In this document: positions 23,127-36,339 of the stretch, one piece after another
Position numbering within the stretch: position 1 is the first letter of the stretch
How the letters are laid out: each line of letters begins with the position of its first letter
DNA from: Mustelus asterias
Taxonomy: Eukaryota
Length of the DNA: 64,000 nt
Assembly (NCBI RefSeq): GCF_964213995.1
Contig: NC_135823.1
Location: forward strand, 20,832,001 to 20,896,000
Reading direction: 5' to 3'
Program-made: the position numbers and the translations under genes
Notes under the pieces: model-generated
The model's database searches: none
What the model was told of the DNA's origin: nothing
The model's input: the letters and a program-made list of their open reading frames with translations, nothing else

Positions 23127-23282
23127 GTATGTTTATGCCTGCCTGTTGGCAATTCTTTTAATTCCTCAACCTTTCTTCCGCAGGAAAGAAGTTTGGAACG
23201 GCATTTTAATGACAAACCTTTATCCTGCAGGAAAGAGGTTTGGAACGGCATTTTAATGACCCTCTTTTTAACATCTTTTCAG

Positions 23283-23456
23283 GCTTTTGTTGCTATTGGT
23301 GACTATAATGGACATGTTGGATTGGGTGTCAAATGTTCCAAGGAAGTGGCCACCGCCATTCGCGGAGCCATCATTCTGGCAAAGCTGTCGATCATCCCTG
23401 TAAGGAGAGGCTATTGGGGTAACAAAATCGGAAAGCCTCACACCGTACCATGCAAG
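23283..23456 (+). CDS. RPS2: RPS2 exon (GC donor)
   Basis: [36 protein letters not shown]...PHTVPCK|gcaagt. Confidence 0.97.
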
Positions 23457-23866
23457 GCAAGTACGAATATGGTTGATGTCTACTGTGTGCAGTGGTCAGC
23501 AGTGCATGTGAAGCAAAATAAATACTTTCATTTAACGGGGTTTCAGTATTGACCCTGTAGAAAGAGTATAGAGAATACCTGGTATCGCACAAATAAACAG
23601 CTGCCATGCTTCTTCATTTTGTGCTTTAGCTGCATTCAGTGAAGGAGTAAATCAGTGTTACAGGGTAGCCGATCATGGGAAAACTTAGCAAAATCTGTTC
23701 TGTTTGTATGTGTATTGGTTGGTTCTTCGTTGATGAGAATTGCTTGGAATTTGAACTGCCCAGTAACCGGGTGTCTACTTGGAGAAAATGTTTGAATTGC
23801 ATTTATTTCTGGGGATTCTGTTTTTTGACATGTCTCAATGCTGTAACAATTTCTTAACTTTTCCAG

Positions 23867-24026
23867 GTGACTGGCCGTTGCGGTTCAGTCTTGGTGCGTC
23901 TAATCCCTGCACCCCGTGGTACTGGTATTGTCTCAGCTCCTGTACCCAAGAAACTGCTTCAGATGGCTGGTATCGATGATTGCTACACCTCGGCCCGAGG
24001 TTGCACAGCCACACTGGGCAACTTTG
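23867..24026 (+). CDS. RPS2: RPS2 exon
   Basis: [54 protein letters not shown]|gtaagt. Confidence 0.98.
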
Positions 24027-24312
24027 GTAAGTGTAACTACAGTGTCAGGAAAAAGACTTGTGCTGTGTTGCAGTGATGTTTGTATTTCACCCTTTTGGAG
24101 TGGAAGTGGTGAGGGAATTGTGAAGATCAGGCCAGTTCTATTTGTCTTCTGTAATTTTGTTCTACCTTCTGTTTGAAGGTAGAACAAAAAGAGATTAGAC
24201 TTACAGACAAGTCTAAAATTGTCAGAAAAGGTGGCTGGCTACCGGCATCTCCACATCATGACTATGTATAAGGCCATTCTGATTGCATCTGACTCCCCTT
24301 ATATGACTGAAT

Positions 24313-24442
24313 GCCTCTCAGCTCTGCACAGTTTAACCTGCTGGTGGTATAATTGGCATATTATGAGAGGGAAATTAATGGAGTATGCACGGCAGCTAAG
24401 CCTTTTGTGTGGTTTACCTGTTCCATTTGAAATCCAACATAA
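24313..24442 (+). ncRNA. SNORA10: H/ACA snoRNA, SNORA10/SNORA64 family
   Basis: cctctcagctctgc...tgagagg hairpin, H box AAATTA (24372-24377), second hairpin with atgcacggcag...ctgttcc, ACA at 24437-24439; RPS2 introns host SNORA10/SNORA64 in human. Confidence 0.8.
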
Positions 24443-24535
24443 AACTTATTTAAGTTTATTGATTTGTATCACAAGCATTAACACTAATGAAGTTACTGTG
24501 ATAGACCTTGAAGCTCCATTTTGATATCATACTGA

Positions 24536-24673
<138 letters not shown>

Positions 24674-25531
24674 TGAAAACTTACTTTTCTTTCAGGAACA
24701 TGATTTCTTTCAAAGTGTGAAGAAATTTGAAAATTATTTTCATTTAGTTTGAAGTGATCCTTTGCTTTCACTGTACCACAGCTGCTAATCTGTATTGTAA
24801 CATATCATCAACCTCTTCTTGCTTCTGAGGTCTTGTCCCCTTGTTACAAAAATCTCATCAATCCCCCAGCAACATGGTTTTTTTGTATGAAAATTCGTTG
24901 TGAAATCAACATAACCTGCTTTTCAATTTGCTTCATTGTCTAGCCCATCCCCTTAACAACAAGCCATGATATATGCATTCCTCAAATCCTGGTCCCTTTG
25001 CACATCCTAGATTTTAATTGGTCCACCATTGATGGCACAGTGGTTAGCACTGCTGCCTCACAGCGCCAGGGACCCAGGTTCAATTCCGGCCTCGAATCAC
25101 TGTTTGAGCGGAGTCTGCACATTCCCCCTGTGTCTGTGTGGGTTTCCTCCGGGTGCTCCAGTTTCCTCCCACAGTCCAAAGATGTGCGGGTTAGGTTGAT
25201 TGGCCATGCTAAATTAACCCTAGTGTCAGGGGACTTGGGAGGGTAAATACATAGGGTTACGGAGATAGGGTTTGGGTGGGATTGTGGTCAGTGCAGACTC
25301 GATGGGCCGAATAGTCTCCTGCACTGTCGGGATTCTATGACAGCCGTGCCTTCAGCTTCCTAGCCCTCCGTTCTGGAATTCTCTGCAATCCTCCATGTCT
25401 TGTACCATTTTCTCCTTTGAACAGCTCCTGAAAACCCAATTCTGCTATTATTTCCTTCTGGTTCAGTGTGATTATTTTTGATAATGCTTGTGTGGAGCGG
25501 TTTAGGATGTTTAACTGTTGAAAGTGCTATA

Positions 25532-25962
25532 CTTGAAAGGGCTTAGTTATGAGGAGAGATTGGGTAAACTGGGGTTGTTCTCACTGGAAAGACGGAGGAT
25601 GAGGGGTGACCTAATAGAGGTGTATAAAATTATGAAAGGCATAGATAGGGTGAACGCTGGGAAGCTTTTTCCCAGGTCGGTGGTGACGTTCATGAGGGGT
25701 CATAGGTTCAAGGTGAGGGGGGGGAGGTTTAACACGGATATCAGAAGGACATATTTTACGCAGAGGGTGGTGGGGGCCTGGAATGCGCTGCCGGGCAAGG
25801 TGGTGGAGGCGGACACACTGGGAACGTTTAAGACTTATCTAGATAGCCACATGAACGGAGTGGGAATGCAGGGATACAAAAGAATGGTCTAGTTTGGACC
25901 AGGGAGCGGCGTGGGCTTGGAGGGCTGAAGGGCCTGTTCCTGTGCTGTTTTGTTCTTTGTTC
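25532..25962 (+). mobile_element. CR1-type LINE 3' fragment, young
   Basis: Open frame LKGLSYEERLGKLGLFSLERRRMRGDLIEVYKIMKG...RVVGAWNALP; ttgttct tail. Confidence 0.9.
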
Positions 25963-26654
25963 TATAAGAATGAAGTTGTTGGTGCTGTGGGGCATTCATG
26001 TGATCTTTCACTGTTTTGAAAATTCCCTCTTTCCTCCGAGATCTGATTAAACACTTTATTTTGCAGTAAGGGTGGCCACAGCTCTCGCACCGTTGATTTA
26101 CCCAGCAGCTTCTCAATGGAAACTTGTCTCCACTGACAGCCCAATTGATTTCCTCAGAAGCTCCTCAATGGGCTACAAACTGGCCACTCAACCCTGCTGG
26201 AAAGTGGGGTTATTTGAACTGAGAGGCGTGTGCCTAGAGCTTGTTCAATCAGTTTAAATACATTTCTCCAGATGTCACTAATCTTTGTCCTTCTGACGGT
26301 ATATTTTGGAAGACCTGTAAAGAGTTACAGAGCCCAGGTTGAGAATCCCTGACCTATATCATTTCTATATATACATAGAATTCCTACAGCGCTGGAGGCG
26401 GCCATTGGCCCATTGTGCCTGCACCGATGACAATGTATCGAAACTCAGTGAATTTACCCTGCTAATCCCTCTGACACTAAGGGACAAATTTAGCATGGCC
26501 AATCCACCTAACCTACACATCTGGAGCAAACATTCTGTAGCAAACATTCACATCCTCTTTGTTTTCTTTCTTTTTCATAAGGCTAACCAGTTTTTTGTTG
26601 CAGTATTTTATAATGTGCAAAGCATGCTCTAACGTTATCTCTTTTCCCTTTTAG

Positions 26655-26735
26655 GAATTCACTGATCATCTGGCCAAGACCCACACCCGCGTGTCTGTTC
26701 AAAGATCCCAGTCAGCTGTTGCTCCAGCCACATAA
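26655..26735 (+). CDS. RPS2: RPS2 last exon
   Basis: EFTDHLAKTHTRVSVQRSQSAVAPAT*; AATAAA at 26751; joined CDS is 840 nt, 279 aa. Confidence 0.97.
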   Translation, partial: EFTDHLAKTHTRVSVQRSQSAVAPAT

Positions 26736-28399
26736 AGCATTTATGCAAAAAATAAAATAAAGATCTGTTGCCCATGATCTTGTGTTTGTCATCTTTTTGC
26801 TTTGGGTAGGACTGGATTTGATGGGGGAAATGCTTTAACAGATCAAAAAATTGGCACTAATGAAGATTGCTGACTCTTCTCATGGCCTGAGCATTTTTAA
26901 TTTTAATGTAAATGTTCCTTCCATCCATACCATCAGCTTGAAATATCAATAATCAATGAACTGTATGCTGCTGATAACCACTTCTATCACTGCCTCAGCT
27001 CAAATCCTCAACCAGGCGTCTGAACTATTGATTGTTATTGCAATGTGCTGCTGATTGGTTGGCCTCCAAACTTGCACTGTTCAAACTTCAGCTCCTAATT
27101 GGGATGCTCCCATTGAGCCATTATCCCTGTCCTCATAACATTGGCTTCTGGGCTGGCATTGTTTTGATTTTAAAATTCTCAGCCTTACCCCTCTGATAGC
27201 ACTGAATAGTCTGAAATGGCATTCTCAGAACTGAGGATTGGATTTGAGGATTGCAAATGTTCCACCTGTTTGAAAAAGCGATTAACTAATAGTTACAGAG
27301 CAGTCAGCCTGAAGTTGGCAGGGAATCTTAAGTGATAGTACAGAACAAAAAACTATGGGGTAATTAAAGCATGTATTAAAGCAAGTATTTGACTAACTAG
27401 ATTATTTGAAGTAGTGATGAGGATTGTGTGGTTGATGGGCATTGGACTTAGGGGTGTGTGTGTGTGAAGTGACCTTAGCAAAACTACAGTCCACAAATTA
27501 CTGGCAGTGTGGGTATACAAAATGGATGGAAAGCAGAGTAGTGGCAAACAGTTGCTTTTCCTGGACTAATACTATAGTGATCCCCAAGAGTCAGCATTAG
27601 AACTACTGTTTCTGATATAAAGACCTGAACTTGGGTGGAGGCAAAATCTGATTCCAAAATGTATGGATGACATGAAACTTGGAAATGCAGTAAACAATGG
27701 GAACCATGGTAATAAACTTCAGGGGATGTAGACAGACTTGTGAAGATTCGCGACATGAAATTTAGTGTAGAGAAGTGTGAATTTTGTTACAAAGAATGAG
27801 TCAATAACAAAGTGAATAATACAATTTTTGAGAATGCATCTCATACTTTGTTTTTTAATGCTCCTGTGAAGTGTCTTGGGATACTTGGATTGAAGGTGAA
27901 CAGAGAGACCTGAGGATGAGTACACAAATCCTCACAGGTGGGAGAATTGGCTGAAAAGCAACCCTCCACTTTATCAAAATATTAACACACGGGAAGTTTG
28001 ATAAACCTTTGCAGAACACTGATTTGGCCTCACCTGGAGTACTGTATCCATTTCTGGACAGCACACTAGGAAGTTATCAAGTCTTGAGAGGGTGCAGATG
28101 AGGATTATTACAATGGCATAACAGATGAAAGACCTCAGTTATCTTGAGAAATTGGGGTTAAATAAAGATGCTCAAAATCAAAGGGTAGAGTTTTTACAAT
28201 CTGATGCATTCTTCAAAGGGTAGCAGAAGCAGGTTGATAATACAATTGCCCCGAAATGGAATTTAATTAAGCGGATAGATTTACCACAGTTGGCACAGGC
28301 ATATCAGACTGAATCAAACATTGAGATTGAGATTGAAAACCTGTTTTAGAACACTTGCATAGTTAATTTCAGCAGCAGATCTCCAGTGATGCTTTCCTG

Positions 28400-28497
28400 G
28401 AAGACAAAGGGTCATCCGGACTCGAAACGTCAGCTCTTTTCTCTCCTTATCGATGCTGCCAGACCTGCTGAGATTTTCTAGCATTTTCTCTTTTGGT
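28400..28497 (+). mobile_element. Short Penelope-type element (same family as 1834)
   Basis: gacaaagggtcatccggactcgaaacgtcagctc...; 14-bp TSD tccagtgatgcttt at 28382 and 28498. Confidence 0.75.
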
Positions 28498-28893
28498 TCC
28501 AGTGATGCTTTGTTTCCTTCTATTGCTAATTGCACAAGGAGTTATTCTTAGGCCTCACCTTTTGATTTATAGACAGTTTTCTGATGTAATTAGGTCTCTA
28601 TAAATATTATGAACAGCAGATCACTTTTCTGGCTGCTGGACAGCAACAGGGTTTGTAATTAAAGACTAAAGAATTCATCACTTCCCTGCACAAGTACAGG
28701 GAAAGACAAAAAACATGTAATCGAAAAACATTATGGGTTATGCACTATTTATTGTTTAACAGGTCCATGTATTTTGTCACATTCATGTGAAATTCAGCAT
28801 TTTTCACAATTTAAAGACATTCAGACTGTACATTATAGGTGAAGGTTTGTCACAAACAAATTTTAAAAATGATTTTCTAGTGGATTGTGGTGC

Positions 28894-28991
28894 TTAGGCT
28901 TCAGATGCCGTTTTTTCTCTTTCCTCAATCATCCGATGTTTTTGTTTCATTAGGCATCGTCTAGCACTGCCATAAGCCCCCAAATCACCAT
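28894..28991 (-). CDS. NDUFB10: NADH:ubiquinone oxidoreductase subunit B10, exon 4
   Basis: (Y)GDLGAYGSARRCLMKQKHRMIEEREKTASEA*; minus-strand AATAAA at 28753-28748. Confidence 0.96.
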
Positions 28992-29029
28992 CTGCAAAAA
29001 GGGAAAAAAGCAGTGAATTGAGAACAGAT

Positions 29030-29860
29030 GTCATTGTTTCTATTCAAATTATCACCTAACGCAATCTTGAATTCCTCGATTGAACCTGCTTCCACCACAC
29101 TCCCAGGCTACGCATTCCAGATCCAAACCACTTGCTACGTGAAAAAGCTTTTCCTCACATCACATTTGCTTCTTTTGCAAATCTGTCCTCTGGTTCTCGA
29201 TCCTTTTATGAGAGAGTACAGTTTCTCCTGATCTACTGCATCCAGTGCCTCCATGATTTTGAACATCTCTATCAAATCTCTTCACTGAAGTTTCTCATCC
29301 CTGGAACCATTCTTATAAACCTCTTCTGCACTCTCTCCAACGTGTTCAGATCCTTCCTATAGTGTGGTGCACAGAACTATACACAATACTCCAGGTGAGG
29401 TCTAACTCGTGTCTTGCATAAGTTCAACATAACCTTATTGTACTCTATGCCCCTATTAATAAAGCCCAGAAGAATGTATGCCTTAACTGCTCTCTCTACC
29501 TATCCTGCCACTTTCCATGATCTGCATATATACATCCAAACCCCTCTGCTCCTGCACCCCCTTAAGAATTGTATCCCTCATTTTATATTGTTTCTCCATG
29601 TTCTTCCTACCGAAATGAATCACTTCATACTCCTCCATCTGGCACCTATCTGCCCATTGCACCAACTTGTCTGTATCCTTGCTTCCAATTTTTGTGTCAT
29701 CCGCAAACTTTGAAATGATCCCCTGCACACCCAGGATCTAGATCATCAATATATATCAGGAAAAACAAGGTCGAACCCTGGGGACTCCACTTTAAGCCTT
29801 CCTCTGTGAGCTATAACCTTTCAAATCTGTGGTCAAATGCCTTATGGAAGTCCATGTACA
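29030..29860 (-). mobile_element. Degenerate CR1 LINE fragment
   Basis: ISKFADDTKIG reverse transcriptase motif in ORF 29483-29728. Confidence 0.85.
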
Positions 29861-30528
29861 CCACAAATGACCACAGGATGTTGTCAAGCACTTTATAACT
29901 AATGAACTACATTTGTGAAATGTCACCATTACAATGTAGGAAACACAGCAGCCAATTTGCATACAGCAAACTCCCCCAACAATAATAACCAGATGATCAT
30001 TTTTTTGGCGATGTTGATTGAGGGATAAATATTGGACAGGACACCAGAGAACCCCCATGCTTTTCTTCAATATATCCCACATCATAGGATCTCCCACCTA
30101 TGGAACATGTGGGAATGTTACCTTTAATATACAGAAACATAGACAAGTCGTTAACTGATCTATTCTAGAAATGTCCACCCCTCCAAATTGTTTTCCTGGT
30201 GTTCTAATCATTAGCCCCAATGTCAGTTGGCTAAAACATTTGCGGTATAATTTCTTAGGAGTTGACAGCAGCTTTTCTCTCCAGCAGCACTCTCCAGGTA
30301 TATCAATGAGATCTTGCAGTTTCACAACATGTATCAGTAAACTACAGATCATTTCAACATTTACAGGGCAAAGCCCTCTACCCACAAATACTAACAAGAG
30401 TGGAGCAAACCCTGGGCTGGGTGCTTGGAAGAGATTTTGTTAGACAAGATACAATTCCAATTATTATGGCACATTAGATTGATTATAAGGTCACACATAC
30501 AAATGACCAGCTTGCAAGCATGACTTAC

Positions 30529-30668
30529 ATCTCGATTGGTAGCCTTTTGCTCCCTGTTTGAACTGTTCCATCTCCTTAGCACAGTTCTGTACGTAGCTGT
30601 GACCTTCCCGCTGCTGACAGGCCCTCAAACGTTCCTGAAGAATTTTCATAATTTCCTGATCAACTTTG
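30529..30668 (-). CDS. NDUFB10: NDUFB10 exon 3
   Basis: [46 protein letters not shown], cag/gtaagt flanks. Confidence 0.97.
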
Positions 30669-33009
30669 CTGCAAAATACAAGTTTTCTTAAAACCACAAA
30701 AACAAAGCAAGTGCTGCTTGATAGCAATCTAACCCTTGATTCGGAACAGTCTACAAGCTAAGTTTATTTATTAGTGTCACAAGTAGGCTTACATTAACAC
30801 TGCAATGAAGTTACCATGAAAATCCCCTCGTCGCCACACTCCGGTGCCTGTTCGGGTACACAGAGAGAATTTAGCGTGGCCAATGCACCTAACCAGCACG
30901 TCTTTCGGGAGGAAACTGGAGCACCCGGAGGAAACCCACTGGGAGAACATGCAGACTCCGCACAGTGACCCAGGCTGGGAATCGAACCTGGATCCCTGGG
31001 GCTGCGAGGCAGCAGTACTAACCACTGTGCCACCATGCCACCCATCAAATGCATGCAATGTCTGAACTCTCGCCTCGGTTGTTGGTCCATTCCGAGATTT
31101 TGTGGCTATTGAAGTTTTCAATGAAATAACGCAGAGTAACGGGCACAGCAACTGCAGAAAATCACGTGCAATCTTGTCTACAAAGCAAAGACATCATTTG
31201 AGGCAGCACTGAAGACACAGCAACACCCAGCTTGTCATTAACTCTCTCAGGATTCCTCCCCCGCACTGGAAATTCAAATAGATTTTCCGAGCGAATCCTG
31301 AGCAGAAAAAAACAAGTATGGAATGAGAGAGAGTGGATAGAAAAGACTGAGAAAGGAAGAAAGAAAATGAAATGAAAATGAAATAAGTGAAGATAGAGGA
31401 CTCCAATTGCATGGAAAGACTACAAAAGCTGGGGGTTGTTCTCCTTACAGAAGAGAAAGTTGAGTGGAAATGTAAATCATGCAGGGTTTTGATGAGTAAA
31501 TGAGGAGAAAATCTCTTTCCAGTGGCAGGAGAGTTGACAACCAGGAGGCAGATTTAAAATATTCGACTAAAGAAACAGAGGCACGATGTGGAGCTATAAT
31601 GAAAGATGGTTGATGGAAGACATTTAATAACTTTCAAAGGGAATTTAGGTAAATAATTTATCCAGTCTACAGCACAGAAGCAAGTATCCAGCCCAATTAT
31701 TCTATGCCAACATTAATATTTCACCAAGCATCCTCCCATCCCTCTTCAAAAGCAAATGCTTCTATTCATTTCCATCTCTCAATCTAGCTTCCCTTTAAAT
31801 ACATCACCGCTATTTGCCTGAACTGTCCCTTGCGATTGTGCACTCCAGATTCTTACCACTCCAGACTGACATTCCAGTGCAGTCCTGTGGGAGTGCTGCA
31901 CTGCTGGAGGTGCTGTCATTCAAATAGAGACCCAGACACTGTTTGTTCTTGCGCGTGGCTGTAGAAGATGCCAAACCACTATTTCAGAGAAGACATGCGG
32001 GATCTTTCCCATGGCCATCATTTCCTGGCCATTACTGATCTCTAAACCAACATCACTAATAATATATCATCTGGTTATTACACTGTTGTCTGTGGGACCT
32101 ATCTGTGTACAAATCGGCTACTATATTTCCCGTGTTACTGCAAGGGCTTGCGAAAAGTACTCACTGGCGGTAAGACACTCTGGGACCCCCGAGATTGTGA
32201 AAGGCACAAACCATACAGATGCAAGTCTTATTTCTTTGCGGAAAGAAATTTCTCCTGAATTCCCTATTGGATTAATTAGTATCTACGTTATTATGTTACC
32301 TCTAATTTTGGACTTCACCCACAAATGGAAATATTTTCTCTCTGTCTACCCCATGTCCAATACATCACCATCTCCTCTCAAATGGGAAGAGAATAGTGCA
32401 GAGTACTCCAAACGTGGCCTGACCAAAGTTTGATACTACATTAACATAACTTTGATGCTTTTCAATTATCTCCTTCCAGAAATAAAGCCCAGTCCAGCTA
32501 AGGGTTGCTTATTTTCTGGCCATGTTAACCTTTTGGTGATATTTCTAACTCTACCGTTAGATTCTTTTGCTCCTGTACCCCATCCAGAATCTTGTCTAAG
32601 CACTACCTGGACAAAGTGAAGGGGAATGGGACTAATTAGAGAGCATGTTCAAAGTGCGGGCAAGGGTACAATGAGCTGAATGAGAGGAAGAGAATTAGAG
32701 CAAGAAAGATATTGGGAGAAAGATAGAAGGTAAGAAATAACGATGAAGGAATTAACAGAGATAAAATTACAGGGAAGAAATGAGTGTGGGACAATCTCAT
32801 ACAATCTGATTTCAAACTATTATTTGGAAAGCAGTCAATTTAAAAGTCATATTGATCGCCGACATCTGAAAATGTCCAACATGCTGTAATTTAGTTCCAG
32901 AGTATATTATTTTCTATCTTGTATGATATGGTAGGCATACAATCCTTTTCCTACATAGTGAGCACTGAAAGGCTGGCCACCCCCAGTCCACGTGATTGTT
33001 GCTAGGTAG

Positions 33010-33515
33010 GTGCCTCTGGCAAGACCACCATTTGATGCCTACCACTAACTGCCCTGAAGAAGCTGGTGGTGAGCTGTCTTTCTGAACTGCTGCAGTCCAT
33101 GTGGAGTGGGTACACCCACTGTGCAGGTATACCCACAGTGCTTAAAGAGTGTTCCAGGACTTTGACCCAGTGACGGCGATATATTTCCACATCAGGATGG
33201 TGAGTGACTTGAAGGTGGTGGGATTCCCAAACATCTGCTGCCCTTGTCCTACTAGATGGTAGAGATCGCGGGTTTGGAAGGTGCTGTCAAAGGAGCAATA
33301 GTGAGCTGCTGTCTGCATCTTTTGGGTGGTATGCACTGCTGCCACTGTGTGTCGGAAGCAGAGGAAGTGAATGTTGAAGGTAGTGGATGGCATGTCAATC
33401 AAGCAGGGCGCTTTGCCCGGATGGTGTCGAGCTTCTTGAGTGTTGTTGGAGCTGCACTCATCCAGGCAAGTGGAGAGTATTCCATCACACTCCTGACTGG
33501 TACCTTGTAGATGGT
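33010..33515 (-). mobile_element. LINE (CR1/L2 group) 3' fragment; related pieces at 12180-13200, 14560-15260, 17800-18350, 61990-62540
   Basis: Recurrent tiykaqvr...meysplaw...ldti-type sequence and common 3' UTR. Confidence 0.7.
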
Positions 33516-33634
33516 GCCCCAGAGGATAGACTTTGTTAGTCTATCTCTGCCTCACAGAAATATCACATTTAGATTGCCAGTAAAATAGCACCATCAGAAT
33601 TTTAACCAATGGCAACTTAAAATCAGATACATAC

Positions 33635-33773
33635 TAATCTCTTCTCCACTGCATCTCTGCCTCGTAGTAGCAGGGGTAATCACCCAACTGGCAGTCGGTT
33701 ATATCCGGTACACGTCTGAAATGCTGATGGTAGTAATAGAATTTGTTCTTTTCCCGCTGGCGGTCCACCCATT
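33635..33773 (-). CDS. NDUFB10: NDUFB10 exon 2
   Basis: [46 protein letters not shown]. Confidence 0.97.
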
Positions 33774-35663
33774 CTGCAAAATGATTGAAAGGAAAGAAAG
33801 TTTTATTAAACAAAGCCCTGGTCACCATCACCCAGAACGGGGTTGAATGCAGGCGGCTTGTACTGTTACAGAATACAACGTGGGATGGATAAACCTATTG
33901 CCAAGCATTATAGCTGAGAATAAAATGATAATCTAAGATTCAGCTAAATAATGTGCCAGACTGTAAAAGATTTTTCATTAAACAGGTTAGTTAGTAGGCA
34001 GTGCATCACAAATTAGGAAACACTAAATGAGGATTTGTTTTAGTAAAGTTACTGTGAAAATCCCCGAGTCGCCACATTCCGGTGCCTGTTTGGGTACACT
34101 GAGCGAGAATTTAGCACAGCCAATGCATCTAACCTGCACGTCTTTCGGACTGTGGGGGGGAAACTGGAGCACCCGGAGGAAACCCACGCGGACACGGGGA
34201 GAACGTGCAAACTCCACAGACAGTGACCCGGGTCCCTGGCGCTGTGAGGCAGCAGTGCTAACCACTGTGCCACCGTGCCTCTAACTATAAATTCCACAGG
34301 AACATGCAATGTCAAATTAATGAATTAGCCAGTATACAGAACAATGTTCCCATTAGCAACTGGACCATCTGCAGAGTACAGCAAATTGAAGGATGAAGCT
34401 GAACAGCAAATGGTTGTTCCCACGACTGTTTGATTAATGCCTGATACCGACTTATGAATTGGATGCACAACAAAGTATATCTGGGAATGATGAGATATTA
34501 CCTCAAGAAGGTGTTTAATTGACAGACTGAGATGGTGTTTCAGGGCACCCATGATGTGAGGTTCAGATGGGAAACTTAATCCTATTTAAGTCCTATTCTT
34601 AACTGCCTGGCAGTGTGTACTTTTGCTTTTAACACCCATTGATTGTTTAATAATTGTGATATAACTACCGCGTAATTGAAAATCAACAATTAAATCACTA
34701 CCATCTTCAGTTAAAAGCTAATGAATATCATTGAAAAAAGACACATGTCAAAGCTTTTCATCTTGCACTCATCAGGACATTCATAAAAATACCAGCCGTA
34801 AAGGGAACAAGAATTTACACTTCCGAAGAGAGTGCTCGGTTAGTTGGCAAGTGGCCTCTGATTGGTGAAGGTGTTGCCATGGAGAATACACCAGTTTAAC
34901 CAACAAACAATCCAAAATGATTCTCCCTCCTTTTGGAAAACCACATGTATTTCTATTTCTTGTCAGTTTGTGCAGAAGAATCATTATTCTCTAATCAAAA
35001 GTTAGGAATCGCAGCCCTCGGTAGTCCATAGGTTAAAAGTAAATGGCATGATCACCATAATTATTGATATTACATAATTGATTTGATAGAGGTGTTCAGA
35101 ACCACAAGGCGTCTGGACAGTCTAGATAAGGAAAAACCGTTCCCACTGGCGAAAGGGTCGAGAACCAGAGGGCACAGATTTAAGGTAATTGGTAAAAGAA
35201 GCAATGGAGACACGAGGAGAAATATCTTCACCCAGCAAGTGGTAAGGATTTGGAATGCGCTGACAGAGTATGATGGATGCAGGATCGATCAAGGGGTTCA
35301 AGAGGGAATTGGATTATCTGAAAAGGGAAGCACATGCAGGTTATGGGGAGAAGGTGGGGAATAGCATTCAGTGTGCAGCTTAGTAGGTGAGCTGGTGCCG
35401 GTAGAAACGGCCAAATGGTCTCTTTGTGCTGTAACAATTCTGTGATGTTATTAACCCACAAATTAAGCATTTTGAGCCTGCTTTGCCATTCAATATGATA
35501 TCCTTAGTATCCAATAATCTATCCAAAAATTTATGATGCCTTTTCACCCAAACAGGTCCATGGAATGACCCAATTCCAAAATGGTATGGCATAGAGTTCC
35601 AACTCTAAAAGATTCTTGGACACAGGTTTGGCTGTTGTGTACAGGGATGTACCATCATACTGA

Positions 35664-35759
35664 CCGTTCCCCTGCTCCGTGTGTGGGAAGGGATTCACTC
35701 GTTCATTTGACCTACTGACACACCAACTTGCTCATACTGATAAGAGACTGTTTAAATGT
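35664..35759 (+). pseudogene. Isolated C2H2 zinc-finger coding fragment
   Basis: [32 protein letters not shown]; no splice sites or long ORF. Confidence 0.75.
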
Positions 35760-36339
35760 CATACAGCCTTATGGCATATTCCACTCATACCTGTTGAAAA
35801 GAGGTGAACACTTATTAAATACATAAATGGAACTGCGCAGATAGTTCTGTGCGTACAAGAATCGCTGGCAAGGGGAGGACTAAATAAGACAGTGATTGCT
35901 ATGATAAGTCAATACCACCACTACGGCATTGTGCAAACACCAAGATGGTTGAAGGTAAACAAGTGGAACATGGTCTTTTTGGGGCAGGAGAGTGGATGGT
36001 CTACCATTTTCCAACTGATTTGTTCTCTTTGAATGTTGGGGACCTGGAGAGTTGGTCTTTATCCTGTCAACTCATTGATAAAACATCCTAAATCAGAACA
36101 TTAATATCTGTTGTTTCAGATGCATAACAATTGATGCAAAGATGGTTTTAAACATATATTTACATATATATTTATCTATGTGTGTGTGTATATATATATG
36201 GTTAAATCCATATATCTGTGTCAGCAGAGAGCTTTGAACATTTGCAGATGCCAAATGTCCTCCGGTGTTATCGGCAGCAATTTCAGATCACAAATTGAAG
36301 TCTCCAGGGGTTGTCTTGAGGATATTCTACATGAGGGGT

